Of a stretch of DNA of 35,777 bases, positions 14,626 to 23,646 are shown piece after piece. Origin of the DNA: Actinomycetota bacterium (GTDB taxonomy: Bacteria > Actinomycetota > UBA4738 > JACQTL01). Positions within the stretch are counted from its first letter, which is position 1; the number at the start of each line of letters is the position of its first letter. Both the position numbers and the translations under genes were made by a program. The notes under the pieces were generated by a model. The model did not search any database and was not told where the DNA came from. It was given only the letters and a program-made list of their open reading frames with translations. The DNA lies in assembly GCA_046724795.1 (NCBI GenBank), contig JBKOXF010000043.1, forward strand, positions 1-35,777, given 5' to 3'.

Positions 14626-15954
14626 GTGCAACCTCCCGAGACGCGGTACGCGAAGAGCGGCGACGTCCACGTGGCCTACCAAGTGCTGGGCCACGGCCCG
14701 ACCGACCTCGTGCTCATCCCCGGGTTCATCTCGCACCTGGAGCACCAGTGGGAGGACCCCGGGCTGGCGCACACCCTGACGCGGCTCGCGTCGTTTTCGC
14801 GACTGATCATGGTCGACAAGCGAGGAACCGGGCTGTCGGATCGCGGGGTTGGTCTCCCCACGCTCGACGAACGCATGGATGACGTCAGGGCGGTGATGGA
14901 TGCGGCAGGCTCGGACCAGGCCGCGCTGTTCGGGATCTCCGAGGGCGGATCCATGGCCATGCTCTTCACCGCGACGTACCCGGAGCGCACCCGCGCGCTG
15001 ATCCTGTGGGGGGCCTACGCCCGGCTGCTCAAAGCGCCCGACTATCCGGCGGGCGTCTCGCCCAAGCTGTTCGAGCAAACGGCGCCGTACATCGAGCCCC
15101 GGTGGGGTACCGGAGTCGGGTTCGGGGCGTGGATGCCGAGCTGCGCGAAGGACGAACGCGCGAGGGCCTGGTTCGCGAAGGCGCAGCGGCTTGCGGCGAG
15201 CCCGGCGGACGCCGTCGCATTACTCACGACGTACAACCTCATCGACGCGCGGGACGCGCTTCCGATCATCTCCCGGCCCACGCTCGTTCTGCATCGGGTT
15301 GGAGACAGGATGATCCCGGTCGAATTGGCCCGCTACGTCGCAGATCACATCCCCGGAGCTCGGCTCGTCGAGTTCCCCGGCGAGGACCACATCCTGATGC
15401 GCAACCAGGACCCCGTGCTCGACGAGATCCAGGAGTTCATCACGGGCGTCCGGCCGCAGGCAGAGCCGGATCGCCTGCTGTCCACAGTGCTGTTCACCGA
15501 CATCGTGGAATCGACGCGTCTCGCGGCTGAGGCCGGCGACCGGCGGTGGCGGGAGATCCTCGAGCGACACGAGGACGTGGTCCGTCGAGAACTCGAGCGG
15601 TACCGGGGACGGGCCGTCAAGACGATGGGCGACGGATTCCTCGCGACGTTCGACGGGCCGGCTCGCGCGGTCCGGTGCGCCGAGGCCATACGCGGCGAGC
15701 TTCGGCTCGACGGCGTCGAGATCCGCGCCGGGCTGCACACGGGCGAGATCGAGGTGATGGGCGAGGACGTCGGCGGGATCGCCGTGCACATCGCGGCGCG
15801 GGTGGCCGCGATGGCGGGGGGCGGCGAGACGCTCGTGTCCTCGACGGTGAAGGACCTCGTCGTGGGCTCAGGGATCGAATTCGAGGATCGGGGCGCGCAC
15901 GAGTTGAAGGGCGTGCCGGGCGAGTGGCGGGTCTTCGCGGTGACGTCGGCGTGA
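14626..15954 (+). CDS. alpha/beta-hydrolase / class III adenylate-guanylate cyclase fusion protein (LipJ-like), paralogue 1
   Basis: GTG 14626 with AAGGAG (14611..14616) 9 nt upstream. The N-terminal hydrolase fold has the nucleophile elbow GISEG plus HRVGDR and GEDH. The C-terminal cyclase homology domain has FTDIVEST, KTMGDGFLATF, GLHTGE and AVHIAARV. The upstream 296 codons of the track ORF run antisense to fbiC and were rejected. Confidence 0.85.
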   Translation: MQPPETRYAKSGDVHVAYQVLGHGPTDLVLIPGFISHLEHQWEDPGLAHTLTRLASFSRLIMVDKRGTGLSDRGVGLPTLDERMDDVRAVMDAAGSDQAALFGISEGGSMAMLFTATYPERTRALILWGAYARLLKAPDYPAGVSPKLFEQTAPYIEPRWGTGVGFGAWMPSCAKDERARAWFAKAQRLAASPADAVALLTTYNLIDARDALPIISRPTLVLHRVGDRMIPVELARYVADHIPGARLVEFPGEDHILMRNQDPVLDEIQEFITGVRPQAEPDRLLSTVLFTDIVESTRLAAEAGDRRWREILERHEDVVRRELERYRGRAVKTMGDGFLATFDGPARAVRCAEAIRGELRLDGVEIRAGLHTGEIEVMGEDVGGIAVHIAARVAAMAGGGETLVSSTVKDLVVGSGIEFEDRGAHELKGVPGEWRVFAVTSA

Positions 15955-17285
15955 ACGCTCCCGAGACGCAGTACGCGAAGAGCGGCGACGTCCACATCGC
16001 GTACCAGGTGGTCGGTCAGGGGCGGCGAGACCTCGTGATCGTCGCCGGATTCGCTTCACACGTCGAGCTGGCTTGGGAACTGCCGTCACTGAACCATTTC
16101 GCGTCACGCCTCGCGTCCTTCGCCCGGGTGATCCTGTTCGACAAGCGGGGGACGGGGCTGTCCGATCCGGTCTCGGACGTCCCGACGCTCGAGACGCGGA
16201 TCGACGACGTGCGGGCGGTGATGGATGCGGCCGGCTCGACCAGCGCCGCCGTGTTCGGCTCGTCCGAAGGAGCGCCCATGGCGCTCCTGTTCGCGGCGAC
16301 CCACCCCGAGCGGGTCACGGACCTCGTCTTGTTCGGGGCAATGGCACGTTCCACCGAGGCCGAGGACTACCACCTGGCCCTCCCAGCCGATGCCTACCGC
16401 GAAGCATCCAGGGAGTTCATGGGTCCCTATTGGGGTCGAGGGTACGGGGTCGAGATCTTCGCTCCGAGCCTTGCCGAGGATCCCGACAATGCGAAGTGGT
16501 GGGGGCGGATGGAGCGATCAGCGGCGAGTCCAGGGATGGCCGCGAAGCTCTCGGAGATGTTCCTCGACATCGACGTTCGATCGATCCTGCCGGCGATCCG
16601 TGTCCCCACGCTCGTCATGCACCGGCACGGCGACCGTGTGGTCGACGTCCGGGCCGGGAGGTGGCTGGCGGATCGGATCCCCGGCGCGAGGTTCGTGGAG
16701 CTTCCGGGTCGCGACCACGTGCCGTTCGCCGGCGATCCTGACCGGGTGGCCGACGAGATCGAGGAATTCCTCACGGGGACCAGGCCCATGGCCGAACCGG
16801 ACCGGGTGCTGGCCACCGTGATGTTCACCGACATCGTGGACTCGACCAAGCGAGCGGCGGAGCTCGGAGACCGGCGGTGGCGTGAGCTCCTGGAACGGCA
16901 CCACGACCTCGTCCGAGGCGAGCTCGAGCGGCATCGAGGGCGCGCGGTCAAGACGACCGGCGACGGATTCCTCGCGACGTTCGACGGGCCGGCCCGAGCG
17001 ATCCGGTGCTCCTGCGCGATCCGAGACCACCTGCGGGATCACGGGGTCGAGGTCCGGGCGGGCCTGCACACAGGCGAGATCGAGGTGATCGGCGAGGACG
17101 TCGGGGGGATCGCCGTGCACATCGCGGCCCGCGTTGCGGCGATGGCGGGGGGAGGCGAGACGCTCGTGTCCTCGACGGTGAAGGACCTCGTCGTGGGATC
17201 GGGCATCGAGTTCGAGGACCGGGGCACCCACGAGCTCAAGGGCGTCCCGGGCGAATGGCATCTCTACTCGGTGGCGAAGGCATGA
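15951..17285 (+). CDS. alpha/beta-hydrolase / class III adenylate-guanylate cyclase fusion protein, paralogue 2
   Basis: GTG 15951 overlaps the stop of paralogue 1 (GTGA). The N-terminus, VNAPETQYAKSGDVHIAYQ, is collinear with VQPPETRYAKSGDVHVAYQ of paralogue 1. It has GSSEG, HRHGDR and GRDH, plus the same cyclase motifs. Confidence 0.85.
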   Translation: MNAPETQYAKSGDVHIAYQVVGQGRRDLVIVAGFASHVELAWELPSLNHFASRLASFARVILFDKRGTGLSDPVSDVPTLETRIDDVRAVMDAAGSTSAAVFGSSEGAPMALLFAATHPERVTDLVLFGAMARSTEAEDYHLALPADAYREASREFMGPYWGRGYGVEIFAPSLAEDPDNAKWWGRMERSAASPGMAAKLSEMFLDIDVRSILPAIRVPTLVMHRHGDRVVDVRAGRWLADRIPGARFVELPGRDHVPFAGDPDRVADEIEEFLTGTRPMAEPDRVLATVMFTDIVDSTKRAAELGDRRWRELLERHHDLVRGELERHRGRAVKTTGDGFLATFDGPARAIRCSCAIRDHLRDHGVEVRAGLHTGEIEVIGEDVGGIAVHIAARVAAMAGGGETLVSSTVKDLVVGSGIEFEDRGTHELKGVPGEWHLYSVAKA

Positions 17286-18223
17286 GGGTCACGGCGCTGG
17301 CAGGCGGGGTCGGCGCCGGCAAGTTCCTGCGCGGCCTGGTCCGGGCCGTCCTGCCCGAGGACGTCACGGTGATCGTGAACACCGGGGACGACATCGTGCT
17401 GCACGGGCTCCACGTGTCGCCCGACGTGGACTCCGTCACGTACTGGCTGGCCGGGGTGGCCGACCGAGAGCGGGGCTGGGGCGTGGCCGGCGAGACGTTC
17501 CGCGCCGGGGAGAAGCTTCGCGAGCTCGGGGCGCCGGGCTCGTGGTTCAGCCTCGGAGACCTTGACCTCGCCACGCACCTTTTCCGCACCGACCTCATGG
17601 CGCTGGGCATGTCGCTCTCCGAGGTCACGCAGCGCATCACCGATCGGTTCGGCGTCCAGACGCTCGTCCTGCCGATGACGGACGACACCGTGACCACGAG
17701 GGTCCAGGCCCTGGACGAGTCGGGCACCGTCCTCGACCTTCACTTCCAGGAGTACTGGGTGCAGCGCGGCGCGGAGGACGAGGTCCAGTCGATCCGATAC
17801 GAGGGAGCGGAGCAGGCGACGCCGGCCCGCGGCGTGATCCCGGCCATCGAGGAGGCGGACGTCGTGGTGATCTGCCCGTCGAACCCGGTCGCGTCCATCG
17901 GGCCCATCCTCGCGGTGCCGGGCGTTCGCGCGGCGGTGGCCGAACGCGGGGAGCGCGTCGTCGGTGTCTCCCCCATCGTCGGTGGCGCACCGCTCCGGGG
18001 GATGGCCGACAAGCTCCTGCCCGTGGTGGGGATCGACGTCGACGCAGCCTCAGTGGCCTCGTATTACGACGGGCTGGTCCACCGCTGGGTCATCGACCGG
18101 CGCGACACCGACCTCCTCGAGCGAACCGCGGCCCTCGTTCCGGTAGCCGGCGTGTTCGACACGGTCATGGACACCGACTCGCGCGCGGAGGCCCTGGCCC
18201 GGTATGTGCTGGACCAGGCATGA
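17282..18223 (+). CDS. fbiA: 2-phospho-L-lactate (EPPG) transferase CofD
   Basis: ATG 17282 overlaps the stop of cyclase 2 (ATGA). MRVTALAGGVGAGKFLRGL...VIVNTGDD...ICPSNP are CofD/FbiA hallmarks. 313 aa. Confidence 0.92.
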   Translation: MRVTALAGGVGAGKFLRGLVRAVLPEDVTVIVNTGDDIVLHGLHVSPDVDSVTYWLAGVADRERGWGVAGETFRAGEKLRELGAPGSWFSLGDLDLATHLFRTDLMALGMSLSEVTQRITDRFGVQTLVLPMTDDTVTTRVQALDESGTVLDLHFQEYWVQRGAEDEVQSIRYEGAEQATPARGVIPAIEEADVVVICPSNPVASIGPILAVPGVRAAVAERGERVVGVSPIVGGAPLRGMADKLLPVVGIDVDAASVASYYDGLVHRWVIDRRDTDLLERTAALVPVAGVFDTVMDTDSRAEALARYVLDQA

Positions 18224-19500
18224 ACGTGGAGGTCGTCCCCGTCGAGGGCCTCCCCGAGATCCGGCCTAGCGACGACTTGCCTGCGCTCGTATCCGGGGCG
18301 CTGCGCGACCTGCGATCCGGCGACGTGCTCGCCGTCACGCAGAAGATCGTGTCGAAGGCTGAAGGCCGGATCGTTCCGGAGGCCGACGGTCATGACACCT
18401 GGGTGGCGCGCGAGACCCGCCGCGTGGTCGCGCGTCGGGGCGACGTCGTGATCGCGGAGACCCGTCACGGTTTCGTGTGCGCGAACGCTGGCGTCGACGC
18501 CTCGAACGTGGAACTCGGATCGCTGGCGCTGCTGCCCGTGGACCCCGACGCCTCGGCCGAGGCGATCCGAGCGCGCATCGCGGAGGACCACGGCGTGGAC
18601 GTCGGGGTCGTCGTCACCGACACCTTCGGCCGGCCCTGGCGGCGAGGCGTGGTCAATGTGGCCATCGGCTGCGCCGGCCTGCCCTCGCTGGTCGATCTCC
18701 GTGGGGCGAAGGATCACGTCGGCCGCGTGCTGGAGTCCACGATCGTCGCGCTGGCCGACGAGATCGCCGCCGCGAGCGGACTCGTGATGGGAAAGGACGC
18801 CATGGTCCCTGCGGCGGTCGTGCGGGGCGTGGTGCCGGTGGGACCGCCGATGGGCGCCGCCGAGATGATCCGCCCACTCGAGGAGGACCTGTTCCGCGAG
18901 TCCCCGCTGCAGTCGATCCAGGCACGACGATCGATCCGGGAGTTCGTCGCGGGTACGGTCCCGCGCGAGGCCATCGAGGAAGCGGTACGAGCCGCGTGCA
19001 CGTCGCCCGCCCCGCATCACACCCGGCCGTGGCTGTTCGTGGCGCTCGAGACCGAACCGGCGAAACGTCGCCTGATCGCCGCGATGGCCGACGCGTGGGT
19101 CCGCGATCTTCGCGCCGACGCCACGCCGCAGGACGTGATCGACAATCGCGTGGCCCGATCGCACGCCCTGCTCGGCCGGGCGCCCGTGCTGATCGTTCCC
19201 GCGGTCTCGCTACGCGGCGCCGACACGTTCGTAGAAGGACGTCGCGCGTCCGCCGAGCGGGAGACGTTCCTCCTCTCGGCCGGTGCCGCCGTCCAGGGTC
19301 TGATGCTCGCGCTCCACGCCCAGGGGCTGGCCTCGTGCTGGGTATCCTCCACGCTCTTCTGCAAGGACGAGACCCGCGGTGCGCTGGACCTCGAGGACGA
19401 ATGGGAGCCGATGGGCATCGTGGCCTGCGGGCGGCCCCTCCCCGGATCACCGCCGCCGCGGCCGGACCTGGACGTGTCCGCCTTCCTGCGTTTCACCTAG
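18220..19500 (+). CDS. fbiB: bifunctional F420-0:gamma-glutamyl ligase (CofE) / dehydro-F420-0 reductase (nitroreductase domain)
   Basis: ATG 18220 overlaps the fbiA stop (ATGA). The N-terminal CofE region reads VTQKIVSKAEGR...CANAGVDASN...VTDTFGRPWR. The C-terminal nitroreductase-like region reads SIREF...SPAPHHTRPW. 426 aa. Confidence 0.92.
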   Translation: MNVEVVPVEGLPEIRPSDDLPALVSGALRDLRSGDVLAVTQKIVSKAEGRIVPEADGHDTWVARETRRVVARRGDVVIAETRHGFVCANAGVDASNVELGSLALLPVDPDASAEAIRARIAEDHGVDVGVVVTDTFGRPWRRGVVNVAIGCAGLPSLVDLRGAKDHVGRVLESTIVALADEIAAASGLVMGKDAMVPAAVVRGVVPVGPPMGAAEMIRPLEEDLFRESPLQSIQARRSIREFVAGTVPREAIEEAVRAACTSPAPHHTRPWLFVALETEPAKRRLIAAMADAWVRDLRADATPQDVIDNRVARSHALLGRAPVLIVPAVSLRGADTFVEGRRASAERETFLLSAGAAVQGLMLALHAQGLASCWVSSTLFCKDETRGALDLEDEWEPMGIVACGRPLPGSPPPRPDLDVSAFLRFT

Positions 19501-19504
19501 CTCA

Positions 19505-19529
19505 CCGAGGAGCATCCGCCGGTCCTCGG
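19505..19529 (+). terminator. hairpin CCGAGGA-(11 nt)-TCCTCGG after fbiB
   Basis: 7-bp stem starting 5 nt after the fbiB stop, followed by a T-rich stretch, gTaTgcccTTcTaTaTT. It has no clean U-tract. Confidence 0.35.
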
Positions 19530-19540
19530 GTATGCCCTTC

Positions 19541-19546
19541 TATATT
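19541..19546 (+). promoter_or_regulatory. candidate -10 TATATT for the small membrane protein gene
   Basis: TATATT lies 31 nt upstream of ATG 19578. GAAGGAGGA at 19562..19570 serves as the SD. Confidence 0.3.
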
Positions 19547-19577
19547 CGGTCGGACCAGCTCGAAGGAGGAACGACGT

Positions 19578-19925
19578 ATGGACGATCGACCGCAGGCCCC
19601 AGAGCCACCCCAGGACCCCACGCGTTCGCAGGTCCCGATCGTCGAGGCAGCGCGCGCCGCGAACAGGTTCACGCGCGAGTTCACGGCGACGGTGATCGCG
19701 CTGGTCACGACGGCCTTCGGCGTGGTGGTCGCGCTGGCGTGGAACACCGCCCTGTCGAAGGCTCTCGAGAGGCTGTCGCACGGAGCGCAGGTCATCGGCC
19801 TGTTCATCTACGCGATCGTCGTCACCGTGCTCGCGGTCGTGACCATCATCGTCCTGGGTAGACTGGCCGGCCGGATCGGGGCGGACCCGATCCAGTTCAC
19901 GTATCCAGTTGCCAAGAAGGACTAG
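19578..19925 (+). CDS. small two-TM membrane protein (DUF5654-like)
   Basis: ATG 19578 with a strong SD, GAAGGAGGA, 7 nt upstream. 115 aa with two hydrophobic helices, TATVIALVTTAFGVVVALAW and VIGLFIYAIVVTVLAVVTIIVL. The track embeds it in the spurious 18477..19925 ORF. Confidence 0.6.
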   Translation: MDDRPQAPEPPQDPTRSQVPIVEAARAANRFTREFTATVIALVTTAFGVVVALAWNTALSKALERLSHGAQVIGLFIYAIVVTVLAVVTIIVLGRLAGRIGADPIQFTYPVAKKD

Positions 19926-19931
19926 ACACGC

Positions 19932-20723
19932 GTGGCCAAGAAGAAGCGGCGGCGCCGGCCGTCGGGCAGACCCCCGGCAGGTCTGACCGATCGATCGACC
20001 GGCACCCAGACCCGCGAGCGAGGCGTCTCCGAAACCGCCGCGGTCCGCCGCGAGCGAAAGGAGGAGGTTCGGCAGGCCCGCCAGACGGCACTCCGGCGGT
20101 ACCGCCGGCAGCGGATGGTTCGGCGCGGGCTCGTGTGGGGCGCGGGGGCCGTCGCCATCGTGCTCGCCCTCTACTTCCTGCAACGCGGCGGGGCCTCCGG
20201 ATCGGGGTCGCTCACGAAACTCACGACGAACACTGCCGCAGCCGCCGGCTGCACCGCCTTGGAGAAGCCGGAAGACCAGGGCCGGGCCCACATCCCCTCG
20301 GGCGGAAGCTACACGTACCAGCAGCAGCCGCCGACGTCGGGGCCCCACGATCCCTCGCCCCTTCCGGCGGGCGTGTACACGACGCCCCAGCCCGAGACGC
20401 GGGTGGTCCACAGCCTGGAGCACGGCGCGGTGCTGTTCACGTACGAATCATCCGGGCCGAACGCACTGTCCAGCGACGTCGCGGCCGCGTTGAAGAGCGT
20501 CGCGAACGGGAACGGCCGCGTGATCATGGCTCCGACGCAGGAGGCGCTGTCGGCGCCCATCGATGGGAAATCGTTCACGCCCTCGGTCGCCTTCGCGGCG
20601 TGGGACCGACTCATCCAGTGCCCCGGGACCATCACGGCCACGCAGGCGAAGGTCCTGGCCAAGGGCTGGGTCGCGGCATTCGTCAACGCAAGCAGCGCGC
20701 CGGAGAAGGGGTTCCCGCTCTAG
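19932..20723 (+). CDS. DUF3105-domain membrane-anchored protein
   Basis: 263 aa with a basic N-terminus and one TM (LVWGAGAVAIVLALYFL). It then has PPTSGPH...VHSLEHGAVLF...AAWD, the motifs I associate with DUF3105. The start is GTG. Confidence 0.7.
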   Translation: MAKKKRRRRPSGRPPAGLTDRSTGTQTRERGVSETAAVRRERKEEVRQARQTALRRYRRQRMVRRGLVWGAGAVAIVLALYFLQRGGASGSGSLTKLTTNTAAAAGCTALEKPEDQGRAHIPSGGSYTYQQQPPTSGPHDPSPLPAGVYTTPQPETRVVHSLEHGAVLFTYESSGPNALSSDVAAALKSVANGNGRVIMAPTQEALSAPIDGKSFTPSVAFAAWDRLIQCPGTITATQAKVLAKGWVAAFVNASSAPEKGFPL

Positions 20724-20734
20724 CTTGCCTTCGC

Positions 20735-22498
20735 TCAGGGCGACTTCGCCGGCGATTCCGTGCAGGTACTGCCCTTTGCGCACGTCACCAGGATGACGCC
20801 GCCGCCCTGGCCGGAGAACGTCGCGCGGGAGCCACCGGAATCGGTCGTCGTCACGTCGGTGGTCGGGAACCCCAGGTGGCCCTTCGCCGAGCCCGCAGCA
20901 AGGTAGTGCTGGAGCACGGCTCCGTGGAGCTCATGCGCACCGGTGTCCGACCTGAAGTAGATGGACCCCTTCGTGAACCGGGCCTTCGCGCACGCCTTCG
21001 TGCCGCATCCTGGAGGCGCGGTCAGCATGATCACACTTGACAGCGGCGGGCCAAGCAGGCCGGCGGTCTCCTTCACCGCGACGTACTTGTTCTCGATGGG
21101 TCCGCGGAGCCAGACCGTGACACTCGCGCCGGTGTTGCGATACATGGCGCCGACTGCGAAGCGCTGGACGGCCCCGCCGGCCACGGCGCGCTGCGGCGTC
21201 GTGGGCATCCCCGGCGCGCAGTCGAGCTTGTCGTACTTCACACGGATCGGACCGGTGACGTTCTTGTTGTGGCCGATCCAGACCTTGTCGTCGAGGAGGC
21301 CGAGCGCGCCGCGGAACGTGGATCCCGCGAGCGACGCGGAGCCGGTGGTGCCGACCGCCGCGAGCGAGAGCAGTCGTCCGGACACCCCGCGATGGAAGCG
21401 GGCGAACCGCGTGACCGTGCCGATGTTCCCCGTGTAGGGCTGCAGTCGGGACGTCACCTGGGCCGCAGCCAGGCTGACCTGCCAGGCCTTCGCGGGGTTC
21501 GCGGCGTTGTAGTCGCCCGGGTCGCAGACGCCCTGAAGATACGGCAGCGCCGTCCCGCCCCACACGTTCTGGACGTCCTCGGTGTACCCGCCCGACGACG
21601 ACATGTACTGCGCCTCGATGAGCGCGCCCTTGTACAGGACCACCTCCCCTGCCGTGTCGTTCACGGCCTGAACCCACCGCGCGCCGTGGTCCTCGCCTTC
21701 GTGGTTCCACGCGGCGTAGATCTGGTTGCGCGTGTCGTCGTACACGCCGCAGTTGCACCCTGACCGATGCTGCCCGAGGCTCTTGATCAGGAACTCGCCG
21801 TACGTCCGGCCGGCGTCGGCCTGCGCCTGCATGGCCTGCGTCGGCCACGATGACGGAACCTCACCCAGGCCGTACAGGTATTCCTGTGGCGTGACGACCG
21901 CGATCATGCGGACGTGCGCACCGCACATGCGGCATGCCGAGTAGTCATCGAACTCGACGAACCCGCGGTTGTACGTGTGTCCGGCCTCCGGCGAGGTCAG
22001 CCGGGCCTTCGCGTTCACATACGTCGCGTAGATCCGTTGCGAGCCGGGCACGGGCTTGCCGACCCTCGCACCGGTGCCGTCGAACAGCGCGAACCTGCCG
22101 GAGCCTCCCTTGAGGACGCGCGTGGCGCCGCCGGGGATGGTCCAGGCGACGGGTGCCGACTTCGCCGGCGAGCCGATCCTGATCGTGACGGGCCCGTTCG
22201 TCGCCGTGAGGTGCACCGACTGCACGCCATCCACCAATCCCACCCGGATCTTGCTGGGCTCCGTGGAGGATTTCGCCACGGTGGTCCGGCTGTAGTAGTG
22301 CGTGAGGATCCGCTGGTGGGTCCACCCCTTCAGGGCGAGCCCGTACGCCCCCCATTGGGACATCCCGATGCCGTGACCGAACCCGGAGCCATAGAAACGG
22401 AACGTCGCGGTGGAGGCGCCGGATGCGCCGCTGGAGACGACGGGCACGAGCGCCAAGAGCGACGCGAGCGTAAGGACCACTCCAGCTCGTCTGGGCAT
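20735..22498 (-). CDS. SpoIID/LytB-domain protein with C-terminal LGFP-type repeats
   Basis: ATG 22498 gives the signal peptide MPRRAGVVLTLASLLALVPVVSSGASGA. SpoIID features: GHGIGMSQWGA, YLYGLGEVPSSWP, AGRTY and YMSSSGGYTEDV. The C-terminus contains GLLGPP and GHLGFPTTD. Confidence 0.85.
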   Translation of the reverse strand: MPRRAGVVLTLASLLALVPVVSSGASGASTATFRFYGSGFGHGIGMSQWGAYGLALKGWTHQRILTHYYSRTTVAKSSTEPSKIRVGLVDGVQSVHLTATNGPVTIRIGSPAKSAPVAWTIPGGATRVLKGGSGRFALFDGTGARVGKPVPGSQRIYATYVNAKARLTSPEAGHTYNRGFVEFDDYSACRMCGAHVRMIAVVTPQEYLYGLGEVPSSWPTQAMQAQADAGRTYGEFLIKSLGQHRSGCNCGVYDDTRNQIYAAWNHEGEDHGARWVQAVNDTAGEVVLYKGALIEAQYMSSSGGYTEDVQNVWGGTALPYLQGVCDPGDYNAANPAKAWQVSLAAAQVTSRLQPYTGNIGTVTRFARFHRGVSGRLLSLAAVGTTGSASLAGSTFRGALGLLDDKVWIGHNKNVTGPIRVKYDKLDCAPGMPTTPQRAVAGGAVQRFAVGAMYRNTGASVTVWLRGPIENKYVAVKETAGLLGPPLSSVIMLTAPPGCGTKACAKARFTKGSIYFRSDTGAHELHGAVLQHYLAAGSAKGHLGFPTTDVTTTDSGGSRATFSGQGGGVILVTCAKGSTCTESPAKSP

Positions 22499-22532
22499 GG
22501 TTCGGGACCGACCTGCTCCGCGAGGATCGCGC

Positions 22533-22542
22533 ACCCTAGCAC
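22533..22542 (-). promoter_or_regulatory. candidate extended -10 GTGCTAGGGT upstream of the SpoIID gene
   Basis: The minus strand reads ctGTGCTAGGGTgcg, 34 nt upstream of ATG 22498. It lies on top of the track's longer GTG 22534 start, which argues for the shorter ORF. Confidence 0.35.
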
Positions 22543-22610
22543 AGTCGGCGGAGGGGGCCTGCGCCTTGAGTCGGGGTCCCGGGTCGAAGGGCCTAGGCCG
22601 CCGTCAGAGC

Positions 22611-23624
22611 TCAGCCGGCGGCCTCGCCGGGTCCCACCCGGGCACCGTCGACCCGCGCCCCCGGGCGGACGTGCGCGCCCTCGGCGAGCACGGACCCGGT
22701 GAGGACGGCGCCGGCGCCCACGCTCGATCCCGCCCCCAGGATGCTGCCCTCGACGCGCCCGCCGTCGCCCAGGGCGGCGCCCGCGTGCAGCAGCGACCGC
22801 GTGACGGCGGCCCGGGCCCCGACCCGGCACATGTGTCCGATCACGGCGTGGGTGCCGATCTCGGCGGTCTCGTCGACGATCGCGTCCTCCGCAACGAATG
22901 GTGCCGGGAAGCTCCGGCCCTCGAGCCGGCCGTCGAGGACGTCGGCGTGCGCCTGGAGGTACCGCTCCGGAGTCCCGAGATCCATCCAGTACGCGTCGGA
23001 GACGGACGCGTACATGGGCTCCCCACCCTCGATGAGCGCCGGGAACACCTCACGCTCGATCGAGATCTGCCGGCCCCGTTCCCAGCCATCGAACGCGCCG
23101 GGCTCGAGGATGTACGTTCCCGCGTTGATCTTGCCCGGTACGCGCTCGGACGGCTTCTCCCGGAACTCCCGTACGCGGCCGTCCGGTTCGGTGATGACCA
23201 GCCCGTACGGACGGGCGTCGTCCATCGGCGTGAGTGCGATCGTGCCGACGGCGGCGCGCTCCCGATGGAACGCGACGAGCTCCGTGAGGTCGAGGTCGGT
23301 GAGGATGTCGCCGTTCAGCACGAGGAACGCTTCCCCGCCGACGTGTTCGAGTGCGTTCACGATGGCGCCGGCCGTCCCGAGGGGCTCGGACTCGGTGATC
23401 CAGGTCACCCGCGGATCGCCGTGCCGCTCCGCCAGGAACGGCTCGAAGGTCCGCTCCAGGTAGGGCGACGACAGGATCACCTCGTGCACACCGTGCGAGC
23501 CGAGGTGGTCGAGGACCTGATGCAGGAACGGGCGGTCCACCAGCGGGAGCAGCGGCTTCGGGATGGTCTCGGTGAGCGGCCGGAGCCGCGTCCCCTCTCC
23601 CCCCACCAGTACGACCGCCTTCAC
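22611..23624 (-). CDS. manC: mannose-1-phosphate guanylyltransferase / NDP-sugar pyrophosphorylase with C-terminal left-handed beta-helix
   Basis: MKAVVLVGGEGTRLRPLTETIPKPLLPL nucleotidyltransferase signature plus hexapeptide repeats at the C-terminus. GTG start with AGGAG 11 nt upstream. Its position next to wbbL and rmlD matches M. tuberculosis Rv3264c, from memory. Confidence 0.88.
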   Translation of the reverse strand: MKAVVLVGGEGTRLRPLTETIPKPLLPLVDRPFLHQVLDHLGSHGVHEVILSSPYLERTFEPFLAERHGDPRVTWITESEPLGTAGAIVNALEHVGGEAFLVLNGDILTDLDLTELVAFHRERAAVGTIALTPMDDARPYGLVITEPDGRVREFREKPSERVPGKINAGTYILEPGAFDGWERGRQISIEREVFPALIEGGEPMYASVSDAYWMDLGTPERYLQAHADVLDGRLEGRSFPAPFVAEDAIVDETAEIGTHAVIGHMCRVGARAAVTRSLLHAGAALGDGGRVEGSILGAGSSVGAGAVLTGSVLAEGAHVRPGARVDGARVGPGEAAG

Positions 23625-23646
23625 CGGCGTCCGAGCTCCTGACGAC

